From the NCBI GenBank assembly GCA_030141605.1, contig JAQGDQ010000008.1:434001-498000 (forward strand): DNA of 64,000 nt, given 5' to 3'. This DNA is from Tubiluchus corallicola (lineage: Eukaryota; Animalia; Priapulida). A program made the position numbers and the translations under genes. The notes beneath the pieces were generated by a model. It ran no database searches and was not told the origin of the DNA. It saw only the letters and a list, made by a program, of their open reading frames with translations. Shown piece after piece: positions 42,167-53,871 of this stretch; positions within the stretch are counted from its first letter, which is position 1; each line of letters begins with the position of its first letter.

Positions 42167-45100
42167 ATGTTGTGGCAAGACCGATGCAATTTTTACTTGG
42201 CAATCCAGAAAAATGACCTGGAATTAGCTGGTAGGCTGATACGACAAGGGCTAGACGTTGACACTAGGTTTCAAGTTAGTTCTGGCAGTAAGCCAGTACT
42301 TTGCATCTGTGCTCAGAGAGGCCATTTGCAAATGGGTATGTGCGGTTCAAACGTTTGTGCTATTTTTTGTTCATTTGTATATTGCCCAAAGCCAGGCCAA
42401 AAACACTTTTGTGGTACGAATTCCATAGATAAGAAGCTTGGTGGAAATTTCAATGGAAGAGGCTTAAGGCAGCAACATACATTAGGTATTTTGTGCAGCA
42501 AATTCAGTTAGAAATTGAAACTTGTTAAGCTGTTGCAAGGTATTTACCCATTACTATCATACGTACATTTCTGTATCTGGTCTATTTTCTATTTTGAAAA
42601 CACAGTGTTTTTGTTCAAAATCTTTGTACTTGTTTATGCAACCTGCCCCAGAGGTGGCTGCTCAGGGACTACAGTAAAAAAATGAAACAATGAGTGTATG
42701 TCCAGAAAAGGAGAATTCTTTTAATTAATTTGTTAGTGACATATATGAGCCTCTACGTGTTCTTCTTGAAATAGTATTGTAATTAAATATTGCTGACAAA
42801 TCTTTTATGCTTTTAGTATTCCAAGAACTGTAAGTGAGATAAAATATTTTCACTCGTTGAAGACTACAATTATTATGACTTCTACTTTATTTGCATTTTG
42901 TGGAGGTTATGTTTCTAAAAAATATGTCGCTGACATTAGGATACGGTAGTCTAAGAATAATGACAAGAAACAAAACTGTACGTCTGTGTATAATCAAAAG
43001 GTCCCTGGTTTGAATCCAGATAACTCTCATCTGTATTTACAGCGAAGCTTCTGATTCGTTCTGGTTGCAATGTGAACCAAACTGACAATGCGGGCTGTAC
43101 GCCACTGCATCTAGCTTGTTCACAACGTCGGGAAGACATGGTCGAGCTTCTCATTCAACACGGAGCAAATGTCAGTCTTTGTAATTTTGACAACAACACT
43201 GCATTACACATTGCTGTAGATGGTGGAGGATGCTTAGGTGAGAAGTGTTCAATAATGTTGTCGAAATTTGAGTATTCAAATTGTTGTTGAAATATACAAG
43301 CCTTGACTTCAGAAAATTGTAGTGTGTCACATTATAACCATTGGGGTGGAGTTATTGATACTTACTGTATAGTATTCCACCTGCCAATACTAGCTATCAC
43401 TTCTTGGAACTCTATTCTAAAGCTAGTCCAGGTACTGGAATTTACTGTCACTAATAACTCTTCGCTAGAAGTAATTATAGTTATGTCTCTACTGAGTAGT
43501 GATAGTAGTGGAGAAAAATGGTTATAATTCTCATTGTCTGTCGAAGGTTTACTTAAATACCCCACCTTTTGTGTTGTATTTGTTAATGAAGTTTTAATCA
43601 ACTTACTTATAACAGCATTTGTTCTGTATGTGATTTCAGGTATAGTGAAAAGACTGGTGACGGCCGGCTGCAATTTAAACGCACAAAATTGTCAAGGTGC
43701 TTCTCCTCTGGTCATAGCTTGTATACAGGGAAAAATAGACTGTGTCAGGTATCAAAATTTTATCTAACACAAAATGTAGATGCTGATTCTGTTTGAAGTT
43801 ATTGCCGATGATTTGTGCCATCTTTGGTACTGTTACTCATTTGTGCCTCTTACAGATGATAGGCAAAGCTATCTTTTCATTAGGGGTAAGCAACACTGTT
43901 ATAAATTGAAGTTGAATTAAACAGAATTTCAAGATTTCGAATTCCACATTTTCGTTCGTATTAAAAGCAATATTGCAACGGTCATGCATATTGCTTGTTT
44001 TTGTCTGGGGTGAAATGGGTACATTTGTTTTAAGGTTGTATAAGTACGTAGCATTTTATTCAAATGTGAAGGTAGTAACAGTACAATCTGTCTATTATGT
44101 AGATGTGGTAAGAAGAGTTGAATGAAAAAGCCATTTGCCCTAATTTTCATATTTTGGCTTCCATCTTGGAACTTTCCCAGATCTTAGTGCACCTCTGTGT
44201 CATCTACCTGTGAAATTTTTTTCGAATTTAACACAAAGCCCCAGGAGTAGTTCAGCAACAAAGAAAAATCAGGCCTATGTCTAATGTGCTTGATCTTTTG
44301 ACCCCAGGTCACTACACTATTGCCTGAAACCCTACCACAGTGACCTGCCCTGCAAGTTTGGTGACCCTACGTACTCTCATTTCAGAGCTAATGATATGGC
44401 CCCCTTTTAACACTTTTGCCCATGTCACGTGCTCTGGCTACGCCATCTTTTCGGAAAATACTTAATGCACATCTAGCCTTACCCAGCTACCGATACATAC
44501 AAAAACATGGGCTTCTAGTTAAATACTGTAAGTGGAGTTGAGTTGCCCACATTTTCACATTTTGGCTCCTACTGCTGTGTCCTTTGACCCAAACGTCATA
44601 AACTTTTGAACCAGTGATCACCGTTCCTGTACCATTCTGTGGTTACCTATGTTAGGTGCCTACCTACAAGTTTTGCGATTCTAGCTCTTATACTTACAGA
44701 GTCATTGACCAGATTTCATTCTTACACTTTTACTCATGTCACGTGACCTGGCCGTGGCCACTTTTTGAAAAATACTTAATGCATTTCTACACCTACCCGG
44801 CTAACATTGCAGATATAAACGTTGACTCCTAGTCCAATACTGTAAGAGGAGTTGAGTGGCAAAGCCATTTGCCCAATTTTTGCATTTTGGCTTCTATCTG
44901 AGGCCATTAATAATCGTAGGTTTTTGAAACCCCTCAGGTGCACATCTGCTCCATAGTACCTGAATACTTGTGAAAAAAGTTAAATTTAATTTGAAGCCCT
45001 GGGAGGAATAGCGTAATAATCGAAAAACTCTCTCTACTCTTTCCATTGTACTCTTCACTGGACTTGACCCTTTGACACAAGGTCAAACATCACTGTATTA

Positions 45101-45211
45101 TTGCCCATGCTTCTACTATTGCCTAGATGTTTGCCCAGCAAGTTAGGTACTATATTTTGGAGTTATTCGCTATTGTAGCTGGAGAAATAAGTTTTTAAAA
45201 CACGAAGGTTC

Positions 45212-45255
<44 letters not shown>

Positions 45256-46589
45256 CCCATCATAAAGAATGTTTTTTAAATAGGTACTTGATAGATCATG
45301 GAGCATCCGTGAATCTGCAAGATGTAGAAGGGAACATTGCTCTCATTCATGCTACTCATTTCAGTGCACCCGACGCTCTGAAGGTACTTTTTCTACAATT
45401 CTCACCACAAAGAAGCTATCCAGCATTCTTCTTTTATATTTTAATCTGTAGGGTTTAGTTATTTAGTGATACTCAAAAGTTTCTTGGACTAACTGAATTG
45501 GGATTTCATCACAGGTGTGGTAGCGATTTGTATTTATGGGAGAAAATTAAATTGCAAATGTATTAATAATCAATTAATAAAAATTTCTATGCGACATGAA
45601 TCAAAAACCCTTAGCATTTTTGTTTCACTGATTCAATGAATTCGTCTTCATTATAGATATTTTACAATTAAATCAGTAAAAATCGGTGCTTTTTGCAATA
45701 CTTGAATATCAGTACAAACATCTTTTTCCAATCTTTTTCTCTGCTATTGAGTACATTTTCTGACAGATGCGAACACCAAGTGAAATTGCCGATTGTAGTT
45801 AGTACATTGTTTTCTGTTAAAAACAAATTCACTGTCCCCTTGGTTCTATAGTAACTTTGTTGATATATGCAAATTAAATTTTTATCTCCATATCAAAACT
45901 GAAGCTAAAACACAGTATCAGTCTGATTTTGTTCTAAAAAAAATGCAGGTTTTTAGCTAGTTAATCAGTCAGTGACAGCTTAGCATCATAGTACATTTAG
46001 TCTTCTAACTTGTTTGTGGTGTTTGCATTTACAGGTGATTCTAAATGCAGGTTCAATTGTGAATCACCAGAACAAGGACGGTTTGGGTCCTCTGCATGCA
46101 GCAGTACTTCATAGTCGAACGGGCCAGTGTGACGTGGTGGAAACACTAGTCAATGCTAACTGTAATCTCGATGCAACAACCCACCTCGGTCAGACTGCAC
46201 TTCATTTAGCCGTATTGCAGCAAAAGTATAATCTAGTGGAAGTGCTGATCCGTGCTGGCTGTAACTTGAACGTGCGCGACAAACTCGGCCACCGTACTCT
46301 GTACAGTTTAGTTCGTGCTGGTGAACTGCAGTGCGCTCGTCTGATGGTCAGAGCAGGTATAAATCTCAGGCAGGAGTCGTGGTTGCACGATAAACACAAA
46401 CTACCGCTGATCGACGAGAAAGAAGAAGAGTTTGTGTTGTGGCTAAAGGATCAAGCAGCCTCACTACCTAGTCTAATGTTTTTGTGTAGGATTAACATAC
46501 GAAAGACACTAGGCAGGCATGCCGATAAACATGTGCTTTGTCTTCACTTGCCAGTTTTGTTAAGAAGATACCTCTTGCTAGAAGAATAA
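42167..46589 (+). CDS. Ankyrin repeat and SOCS box protein (ASB-like; Elongin B/C-Cullin E3 substrate receptor), ~375 aa, 5 coding exons
   Basis: Exons 42167-42335, 43043-43237, 43640-43748, 45284-45383, 46035-46589; GT-AG, 1128 nt in phase. Repeated ankyrin motifs (GCTPLHLAC, NNTALHIA, GASPLVIAC, GLGPLHAAV, GQTALHLAV) and C-terminal SOCS box LPSLMFLCRINIRKTLG...LHLPVLLRRYLLL. Splice acceptor at 42159-42160 just before the ATG implies an upstream 5'UTR exon. Confidence 0.92.
44125..45250. mobile_element. Non-autonomous repeat with internal ~310-bp diverged direct repeats ending in (TA)n; Helentron/HINE-like
   Basis: 44410-44570 resembles 44722-44895 (CATGTCACGTG...AAATACTTAATGCA...AATACTGTAAG.GGAGTTGAGT); AGCCATTTGCCC..ATTTTGGCTTC at 44129 and 44863; (TA)n at 45216-45250. 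Lies in ASB intron 3. Confidence 0.55.
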
Positions 46590-49032
46590 ACAAGATTTTA
46601 TCAAAGTCAGTGTCCAAAAATGTGTCATGTTTTTTACATATTGTTCAAGTAAGTTTTCACTGTGTGTATTGGTGGTCAATTGGCATTTATAATATCTCCT
46701 AAAAATATGTGTTTAATGCAATTCAGTAAACTCCACGTATTTTGAATAGCTAGGGGTCAAAAAATCTGTCTGAATTCTGCTATAAACCGAGTCCAGCGAA
46801 GGTGCAAATTCGTGCATTCATTTCTCGGTGGATGTATTCTATTCTGCATAGGTATTTATTGAAACGGGAGCCTATTTCATGACTAAATGTTACTTAGTTT
46901 GCTTTAAAATGAGTAACTGTTGACTGACAAAATTTGTTGTATAATTTAGAAAATGCCAAGCACTATTGGCAGTTACACACCCACCCTACCGCAGTTTAAG
47001 ATGGAACCGCTCACTTACTATAATTAAACAGTCAGCAGTGAAATTTGATACACAAGGCTAGGCAAGGTATTCGCGCTTGCACGTGTTAAAACACTGTCTG
47101 TACTTATTGAGAACGACAGTCGGGCAGTGCCTACTGAAACTGACACTGGAAGTCCGAAATCCAGTCATATTTTTATTAAAAGGGCAGAATCGGTGAATTA
47201 CTGGCACGCAAATTCCTCACGAAACTAGGCAATTTACACGTGTCACATGCGAAAATACGCTGTAGTATTTATTGATTAGTTTTCTGACATCCGGGAAAGC
47301 ACGCATTCATTGTATTGACAATGTATCTGCATGTCTCAGAGAAGCAGAGCAATTACAATCGCTTTTGCGTAAATTGTTCCCTCAAAAATTACCGAATTCA
47401 GCGATATACCGAGTTTTGCGATTGCTTAAGCATTAAGATAATAATTATATAAAAACATCTGTCTGAGATGAACGATATTCAGAATTACACAGAACTGAAT
47501 TATGCAGAGTTAATTACACTTGTTTCTGTTTATTTGGACAAGTATTTGCTAATCCTATTGTGCGATGAAGATAAATATTCACACAGATTACGTGGCGTAT
47601 TTGTTTGATTTGCTTAGTAGCACAGCTGTCTGACTTTTCTCACCAAACTTTTATTGTAACAGTAATGTGTGCACGTCTTTAGTTTAGTGATATTGGTGCT
47701 TGTATTCAGAAGGTAATGACTGAGGTTCCTCCATACCTAAATGTCAACAACGCACAACTGATGATCTTTAATCTAGTTTGGAAACAAATGTACGTGTATA
47801 CATTAATTTTCATGTTGTCACATTTTTCCTGTTTTAGCTTTCAAAATGTTTGAGAGATGACTGAGACTATTAAGCGAAACCTACATTGTGTTCCGTTCAT
47901 ATGGTTACAGCTTTTCCAGTCTTTCGTTGATATTTAAACTAGTCTCACTGAGAAATAAACTTTGTACGATATTCAACACGAACCTCAAACAAAAAATCGG
48001 TTCATTGCAGGGACATGGATTTACATTTTATGATTACTAATGTAATTTTTTATTTGATGCTAAAAAAGTCTGCACCTTTTAATAAAAATATCCATAACAG
48101 GATAGAATAATTAGGTTGAAGGATGTGTATGTTAATACATTGAAAAGAAATGATTTGTTCTACATGTATTTGTGTTGCTTGTGTTTCAGAGAGGGCTTTC
48201 TAACCTCTGTTTAGGATGCATGCCAATGCAGTTACTGCTGGGTAGTATTCAATTAATGTAATAAATAAATTTTAGTCAGAATCACTAACAAGTGTTCCAA
48301 GTAAAAAATTGCAAATGTTATTAAGTGGCAGTTTATATTAAGATTCAATGTCATTAGACCTATTTTAGTTTGTTTCACAGTTTTAGCATAGTTTAATTTA
48401 CTGTTTTTATGTCTGTCACTCTAAAGTGACTGCCTGAGATTATTGTGCATGTAAATGACACAGACTGCTTGGCAACAGAAAACTGATTTTAAATGTAAAT
48501 CTCTTTTAGAAATTTTTTGTTTAAATAGCCAAGAAAATAGTATGCTAATTTTCTGAAATAAAAAAGTATTAGAAAAAGAATTTATTGTCTGAAATAAAAT
48601 CAACAGAACTGATATAAAATATGTATTTCCCAATCACAACCATGCAGCAATATCACCTCGTAATGTGAATGCAGCCTATTCTGGATTACTAAAAGGGTGC
48701 CGAATATGCTGTTCACACTTACAGAGACCGAGATTATTCTTATCAAATTACAAACTACAGACACCTAAACTATGCATTAGTTTACTAGTCAATTGCCTTG
48801 GTAGAAAAAGGAAACCAGTACATTATTCATGCCCGTTAAAGGGAATGAGGAAAGGTCTCAGTCCAGATTCCAAAATGAACCTCTTAGTGTGATGCAAGCG
48901 CCACTTGTACACAATAGAAACAGTTTACTGAAACAAAAACCGCAAAGCTACAAAAACGTTTGAAGCCAATTTGGCAATTTTTACACGAACAACAAAAGGA
49001 GAAAAATTTGGCACAATAATTAAACTTCAACG

Positions 49033-49986
49033 TCAAAGTTCATCGCGAATACCTTCGTGAGATTCAGTATCTTTGCTACTGACAAACATTTTATAGTTGT
49101 CCAGGATTTCATTGAAACTTAGCTGCCCATCTTTGTCGATATCTGAGTTTGATATCAGATGACGAGCTTCCTCTATTGCTTGTTCTTTATTATCGGGTAT
49201 CAGCCACGAAATCATTTCATCTTTATCAAGGTAACCGTCCTTGTTTTTATCATAATCATTGTCAAACATGCTTTTCTCTGTGACAAGATAGTCTTCTGCA
49301 GAATCGGCATCACTGAGATATTCCTCAAAACTAATGCGACCATCGTTATCAGTATCTTTCTGTCTCAAATTTTCTCGTATAAGAGAATCAGTCATTTCTG
49401 GACTTTCCTCAGGGTTGGAAAACGGAAAATATTCATCAATGCTCAACACTCCATCACCATCTTTATCAGCTATTTTAAACCTTTTAATTGATTCATCCAG
49501 TTCTATTTTCAGTTCTGGCTCTTCATCTGCTATTTTTTCCAAATCATGCTCATCATAAATTCCAAATTCCTCCAGGACTTCCTCCCATGTAACTCTTCCG
49601 TCATTATTTACATCCACTTCTTCAAACCTTTCTGCCGAGTCTTCTTGACCCAGTGAAAGAAAAGAATTTAGGATCCATTCGGTCAACTCACTTTCGCTCA
49701 CAGATTTATCATTGTCCACATCCATTTTCTCTACTATTTCAAGTAGTTTTGCCTTCGCTTCTTCTGCAGAAAGTTCTTCAAATTCTTCTACAGTTCTCCT
49801 AGTACCCAAAATTGCCTCGTGATCGTACTCATCATAGTGCTCGCCTTCATCACTGTAATGTTCGTGCTTGGCTGGAGCTCCATCTTCTGGTCGTTCCTTG
49901 TTTATTTCCCCATGTACGTGATCTTCTGGTGGCGTCCTGGCTGTTGCAACACAGAACAAAACTACAAATGTCAGGCAGAAATTCAT
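49033..49986 (-). CDS. RCN2: Reticulocalbin-2-like CREC-family ER Ca2+-binding protein (317 aa), single coding exon
   Basis: Signal peptide MNFCLTFVVLFCVATA, CREC motif YDHEAILG, six EF-hand loops (DVDNDKSVSESE, DVNNDGRVTWEE, DKDGDGVLSIDE, DTDNDGRISFEE, DKNKDGYLDKDE, DIDKDGQLSFNE), ER-retention RDEL*. Family call is secure; RCN2 versus calumenin orthology is less certain. Confidence 0.9.
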   Translation of the reverse strand: MNFCLTFVVLFCVATARTPPEDHVHGEINKERPEDGAPAKHEHYSDEGEHYDEYDHEAILGTRRTVEEFEELSAEEAKAKLLEIVEKMDVDNDKSVSESELTEWILNSFLSLGQEDSAERFEEVDVNNDGRVTWEEVLEEFGIYDEHDLEKIADEEPELKIELDESIKRFKIADKDGDGVLSIDEYFPFSNPEESPEMTDSLIRENLRQKDTDNDGRISFEEYLSDADSAEDYLVTEKSMFDNDYDKNKDGYLDKDEMISWLIPDNKEQAIEEARHLISNSDIDKDGQLSFNEILDNYKMFVSSKDTESHEGIRDEL

Positions 49987-50569
49987 TGTGCACTGAATTT
50001 ATAAACCATTAGCCAAGGGTGATAACAAACTGCAAACAAAAATACAAAAACATTCACTCAAACAGTACACTAATTTTTATTAGTGTGTACAACACTAATG
50101 TATATACACTACTCAAGTAGATAAATAAAAACAATTAAGAAAAGAAAGTTAAGTGAATTCTATAGTTTTTAAAATCATTTGGGGTAAACAGCCAAATGTT
50201 CACGCCTAGTCATGCAATGCCATGACTCATCAGTGAACTGGTGACAACTGGGTTCAATATTTGCACTGGACAGTTTACTTCACCTTATTCACTTTGGCAC
50301 TCTAGCTGTGGAAAGAAGATATATTCAAATCTGATGCTCCTTTGCCAGTTCAGTGCTTCTTCTAAAAGGATTAACCTTTGTAATGAACTAAGTTTCAGTC
50401 CCAAGACAACAATCCACATTTAGAAGGCCCTGCTAGTACAAAGTGCTGCATTTTAGCTGAATTTCAAAACAGTGGGTGAATGTGAAAAATGAATCTAGTG
50501 CACTATGATTTTCATCATAGGTGGTGGAAATCGAATCTGAAAGCTAGAAAAGCAGGACATAGTAGTCTA

Positions 50570-50960
50570 ACTTTAACCACAAATCCTATAAATTTATTGC
50601 ATAACAAAACGATTAGGTCATCATGGTTGAACAAAGATATAAAAATGCTCTTGACAGTATGGAAAAAAGATGTGAAAAACTAAGTGGTGATATAACATCA
50701 GGCTGGAACCATTGTCAACACAGAGAACTCGTGTAGATTTGAGAGAAACATTTAAAGTACATCGTGGTTACTAGAAGATCAACGGAGAAAATTTTTTAAC
50801 TTTAAACAATCGTGTTACTAGTGTAGAGGTCACCGGTTCTAGTTCTTCAAACCACGTGTTTGTTCATACATTAAAAACCAATTTTTTCACACATAGAGTG
50901 ATATCATCCAGGAACAACCGTAATGAAACTGTTGTTAGTGCTAACAAGGTAGATATTAAA
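50570..50960 (+). mobile_element. Highly decayed CR1-type LINE 3' fragment
   Basis: Remnants ETFKVHRG...RGH...FFTHRVISS.N typical of the CR1 ORF2 C-terminus. Confidence 0.5.
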
Positions 50961-51188
50961 AAAAAAACATTTAAAGTTGAGTCATCAATGAACAGCACAA
51001 ACACCATAAATTAATCTGCTAATGCTAACCTGAAGAAATTGGTCCGGTCTGTTTTCAAAAAACTCATATACTACGAATAGTATATGAGTTAAACAACCTG
51101 TTAAATAACAAACTTAACTCAAATTCACTGAACACTTGTAACAAAACGCACGCAAATAGCACAACCACAGGGAGAATAAAAACCCACG

Positions 51189-51720
51189 GTGTTGGGAGCA
51201 GAGTAGGATACCAGCCGAAGTAGGACAATTAGCGCACATGCGCTAGCCAAACTAGGAAGCGTCCATACATTAGCTAGACTAAGCAGGATGCGTCGCACAT
51301 GGGCTGCCCAAGTAGAACACTAGAAACAGGTCGCGAATTGAGTCGTTAGCAGTACTGGCGGCGTCTGTTGTCCTTTAATAATAATTTATTAATAATATTT
51401 AATGTTTATTTAATAATAATAATTGAAATATTCAATACACGTTGAATGATGATATTAATGAAGCTAATAATGATGATAATATTATTGTAAAAAATGCATT
51501 TTGTAAATTGTCAAGGACTAGCCATCATTATTATAAAGTTACTTTTTTTCTAAAACATAATTAGTTTGATGTTTTATTATGTCATAATAATCTATTCTCG
51601 ACAGAAATCGCCAATGGCCTACTTGGCTGCCCATGTACGCACTGCTTTTCCGCAAACTTAGCACATGCGATTTAGCGAAACTGTCTTACTTCGGTTAGTG
51701 GCGTACTTCGCGCCCGACAC
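51189..51720. mobile_element. Foldback MITE with long imperfect TIRs and AT-rich core
   Basis: Left GTGTTGGGAGCAGAGTAGGATACCAGCCGAAGTAGGACA...CATGGGCTGCCCAAGTAG versus reverse complement of right end GTGTCGGGCGCGAAGTACGCCACTAACCGAAGTAAGACA...CATGGGCAGCCAAGTAG. No clear TSD. Confidence 0.65.
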
Positions 51721-51828
51721 ACAGTTCAACGTGACAAAACGAACTGTATTATAGGCTGACTGGCTGCTCTGTAACGACTTTAAAGTAAGTCTCCGGTCCA
51801 TCCTTTTTAAGCGTTATTATTCCTTAAA

Positions 51829-51838
51829 TCTCTCTCTC

Positions 51839-51884
<46 letters not shown>
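51829..51884. repeat. (CT)(TA)(GA)n compound microsatellite
   Basis: Directly visible; a similar (TA)(GA) tract is at 53836-53871. Confidence 0.9.
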
Positions 51885-52598
51885 ACACACACCTTACTTT
51901 GATATCTTTATACCGTCATACTGGCCCTATAGGTATCGGGGTAGGGGTGAGAAGTGAAGTGAAGTGACATTGTTCTCGTATAATAGTCTTATCCTACAAA
52001 GGTATTGTATACACGTGATAACGTATAAATTATATAATAATGTATATTATATATATTATAATTATGATGTTAGTGCACCTTATGAGTTTATTGAATATAG
52101 ACACCATTATATAATTATAGGAACAACACGCACGAGTAAGAATGCACAGTAAACATAGAGTATAATCTTCATGGCCGTGTATATAGTTAAGGTGTTTTTT
52201 ATTGTTGTTTAGGCGTGTAATTGGCACGTGAGAGGTACGAAAATGCAAATGTAAGTTGAAACCTGTATAGCAGTATACCTGTACTAAGTGTAGACGAACA
52301 TTAGTGGGATAAATATGAAAGAAGCTTATTGAAGGCGTATTGAAGTTTACATAACATCTCATATCATCAGTTCTTAAGTTCGACAGTAACAAAGCAAATG
52401 CGTAAGGGAGAAATAACCCTCTGCCATGCAAGTTTCTATCTCTTCAAGTTTAGTTCCTCTTTTTGCCAGCATAGTTATTTCACCTTAAACTCCAGCTTTG
52501 TGTAGTGAGCGTCAGCACACAAGCGTCTTACATCGTTTACAATAATTCTTTCTCTTTCTTCCTGTTTCTGGAGCATCGTTCGCTTGTCAAGTAGTTAA

Positions 52599-53837
52599 AG
52601 GCTCACTGACACACTTAGGACGTCTTTTGAGAATCAGTAGCCAGTATGGCTGTGTTTAAGAAACCATCATTAAAACATTTTATTTACCTCAGAAATGCAT
52701 ATTAACAGAGTAATTAGCCTTCAAAATAGGTATCTCGGAATGCCTCTAGGCATGCTTGTATCACCACAAGCATAAGCCAATACTTGTTATAAAGTCTTAA
52801 CCCCAATGTTATATTTCGTCATTTTTTATTCAGGAATAATTCGTTGAACCCTGTTACATAAATGCACACTGAGCAAACAATTTGTGGTACAATTGTTTTA
52901 ATTTACGATTGCTTTAATTTAGAACTTTTTTAAAGATATGTGAAATTGGCAAAAATAATTGCGCTTTCAAACTCATCATGTCACTATAATGTAATTCACG
53001 TCCTAAATTTAAGACATCATGAATCTTTATATAATGACGCAACTACTTTTAACTTTTTGACTTGTAGTAGATACAGCTTCTACACCCTACTAGATAAACA
53101 ATTTTGTGACTTGTCTTGAATTATAAAAAACAGGAAACTTAATTTGAACTGTATTGAAAAATGTTGTCAATAAGCTTTTCTCTAAATACTTCACTTGCTA
53201 TACGTATTTGTCTGCAAATATTACTAATGTTATTGCTTGAACTACAGAATTAGGTTGCGCAGGAAGTGTTGCATAGTGGCTTTTATTTTGAACTACTGTG
53301 AGCCAACATTCTCAAAATACATAAATGTCACATCGATGATTTTACATGTACCTGTTTTTGTTTTTGAAATTTAAACCAAAATAAGTTAAATTGCAAATGA
53401 TAGAGGTTTGAAGAACTTAACTTACTTGTTAACGATGCATATCAAGTTAGAACATCCGCTATTTTTTATTCTTTCCTCTAGGTTTGATTGAGATGCTTGC
53501 TGACCCAACGAAATTTTCTCAAGTTGTCACTATATTCTTCTGAGACACTGTCTAACTAATGTGGTCTTTGTCTAGTTACCACAAATTTTAGTGTAATTTT
53601 TTGAGTAGGCTTAATGGAAATAATGGCTAAGCACATAGTCTTGCAAGCTAAAATGTAACTTGATTCCTTAATTTTGTTAATTATTTTATTTATGTTATAA
53701 AATTAAACACATGATTTTGGAAACTGATTGTGAAGCTTGGCTGTCGGTCTATGTTAACAGTTTTATTCCTGGATTATAACTAGACTCGTTTAAAACTACT
53801 CAATTGTAGATCTGAAAATCGTCCTTGCATTTATATT

Positions 53838-53871
<34 letters not shown>

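Noticed and set aside
49159-50012. Plus-strand ORFs opposite RCN2 (similar shadow ORFs opposite the Gypsy, RTE and ASB sequences)
   Set aside because: Antisense shadows of real coding frames.
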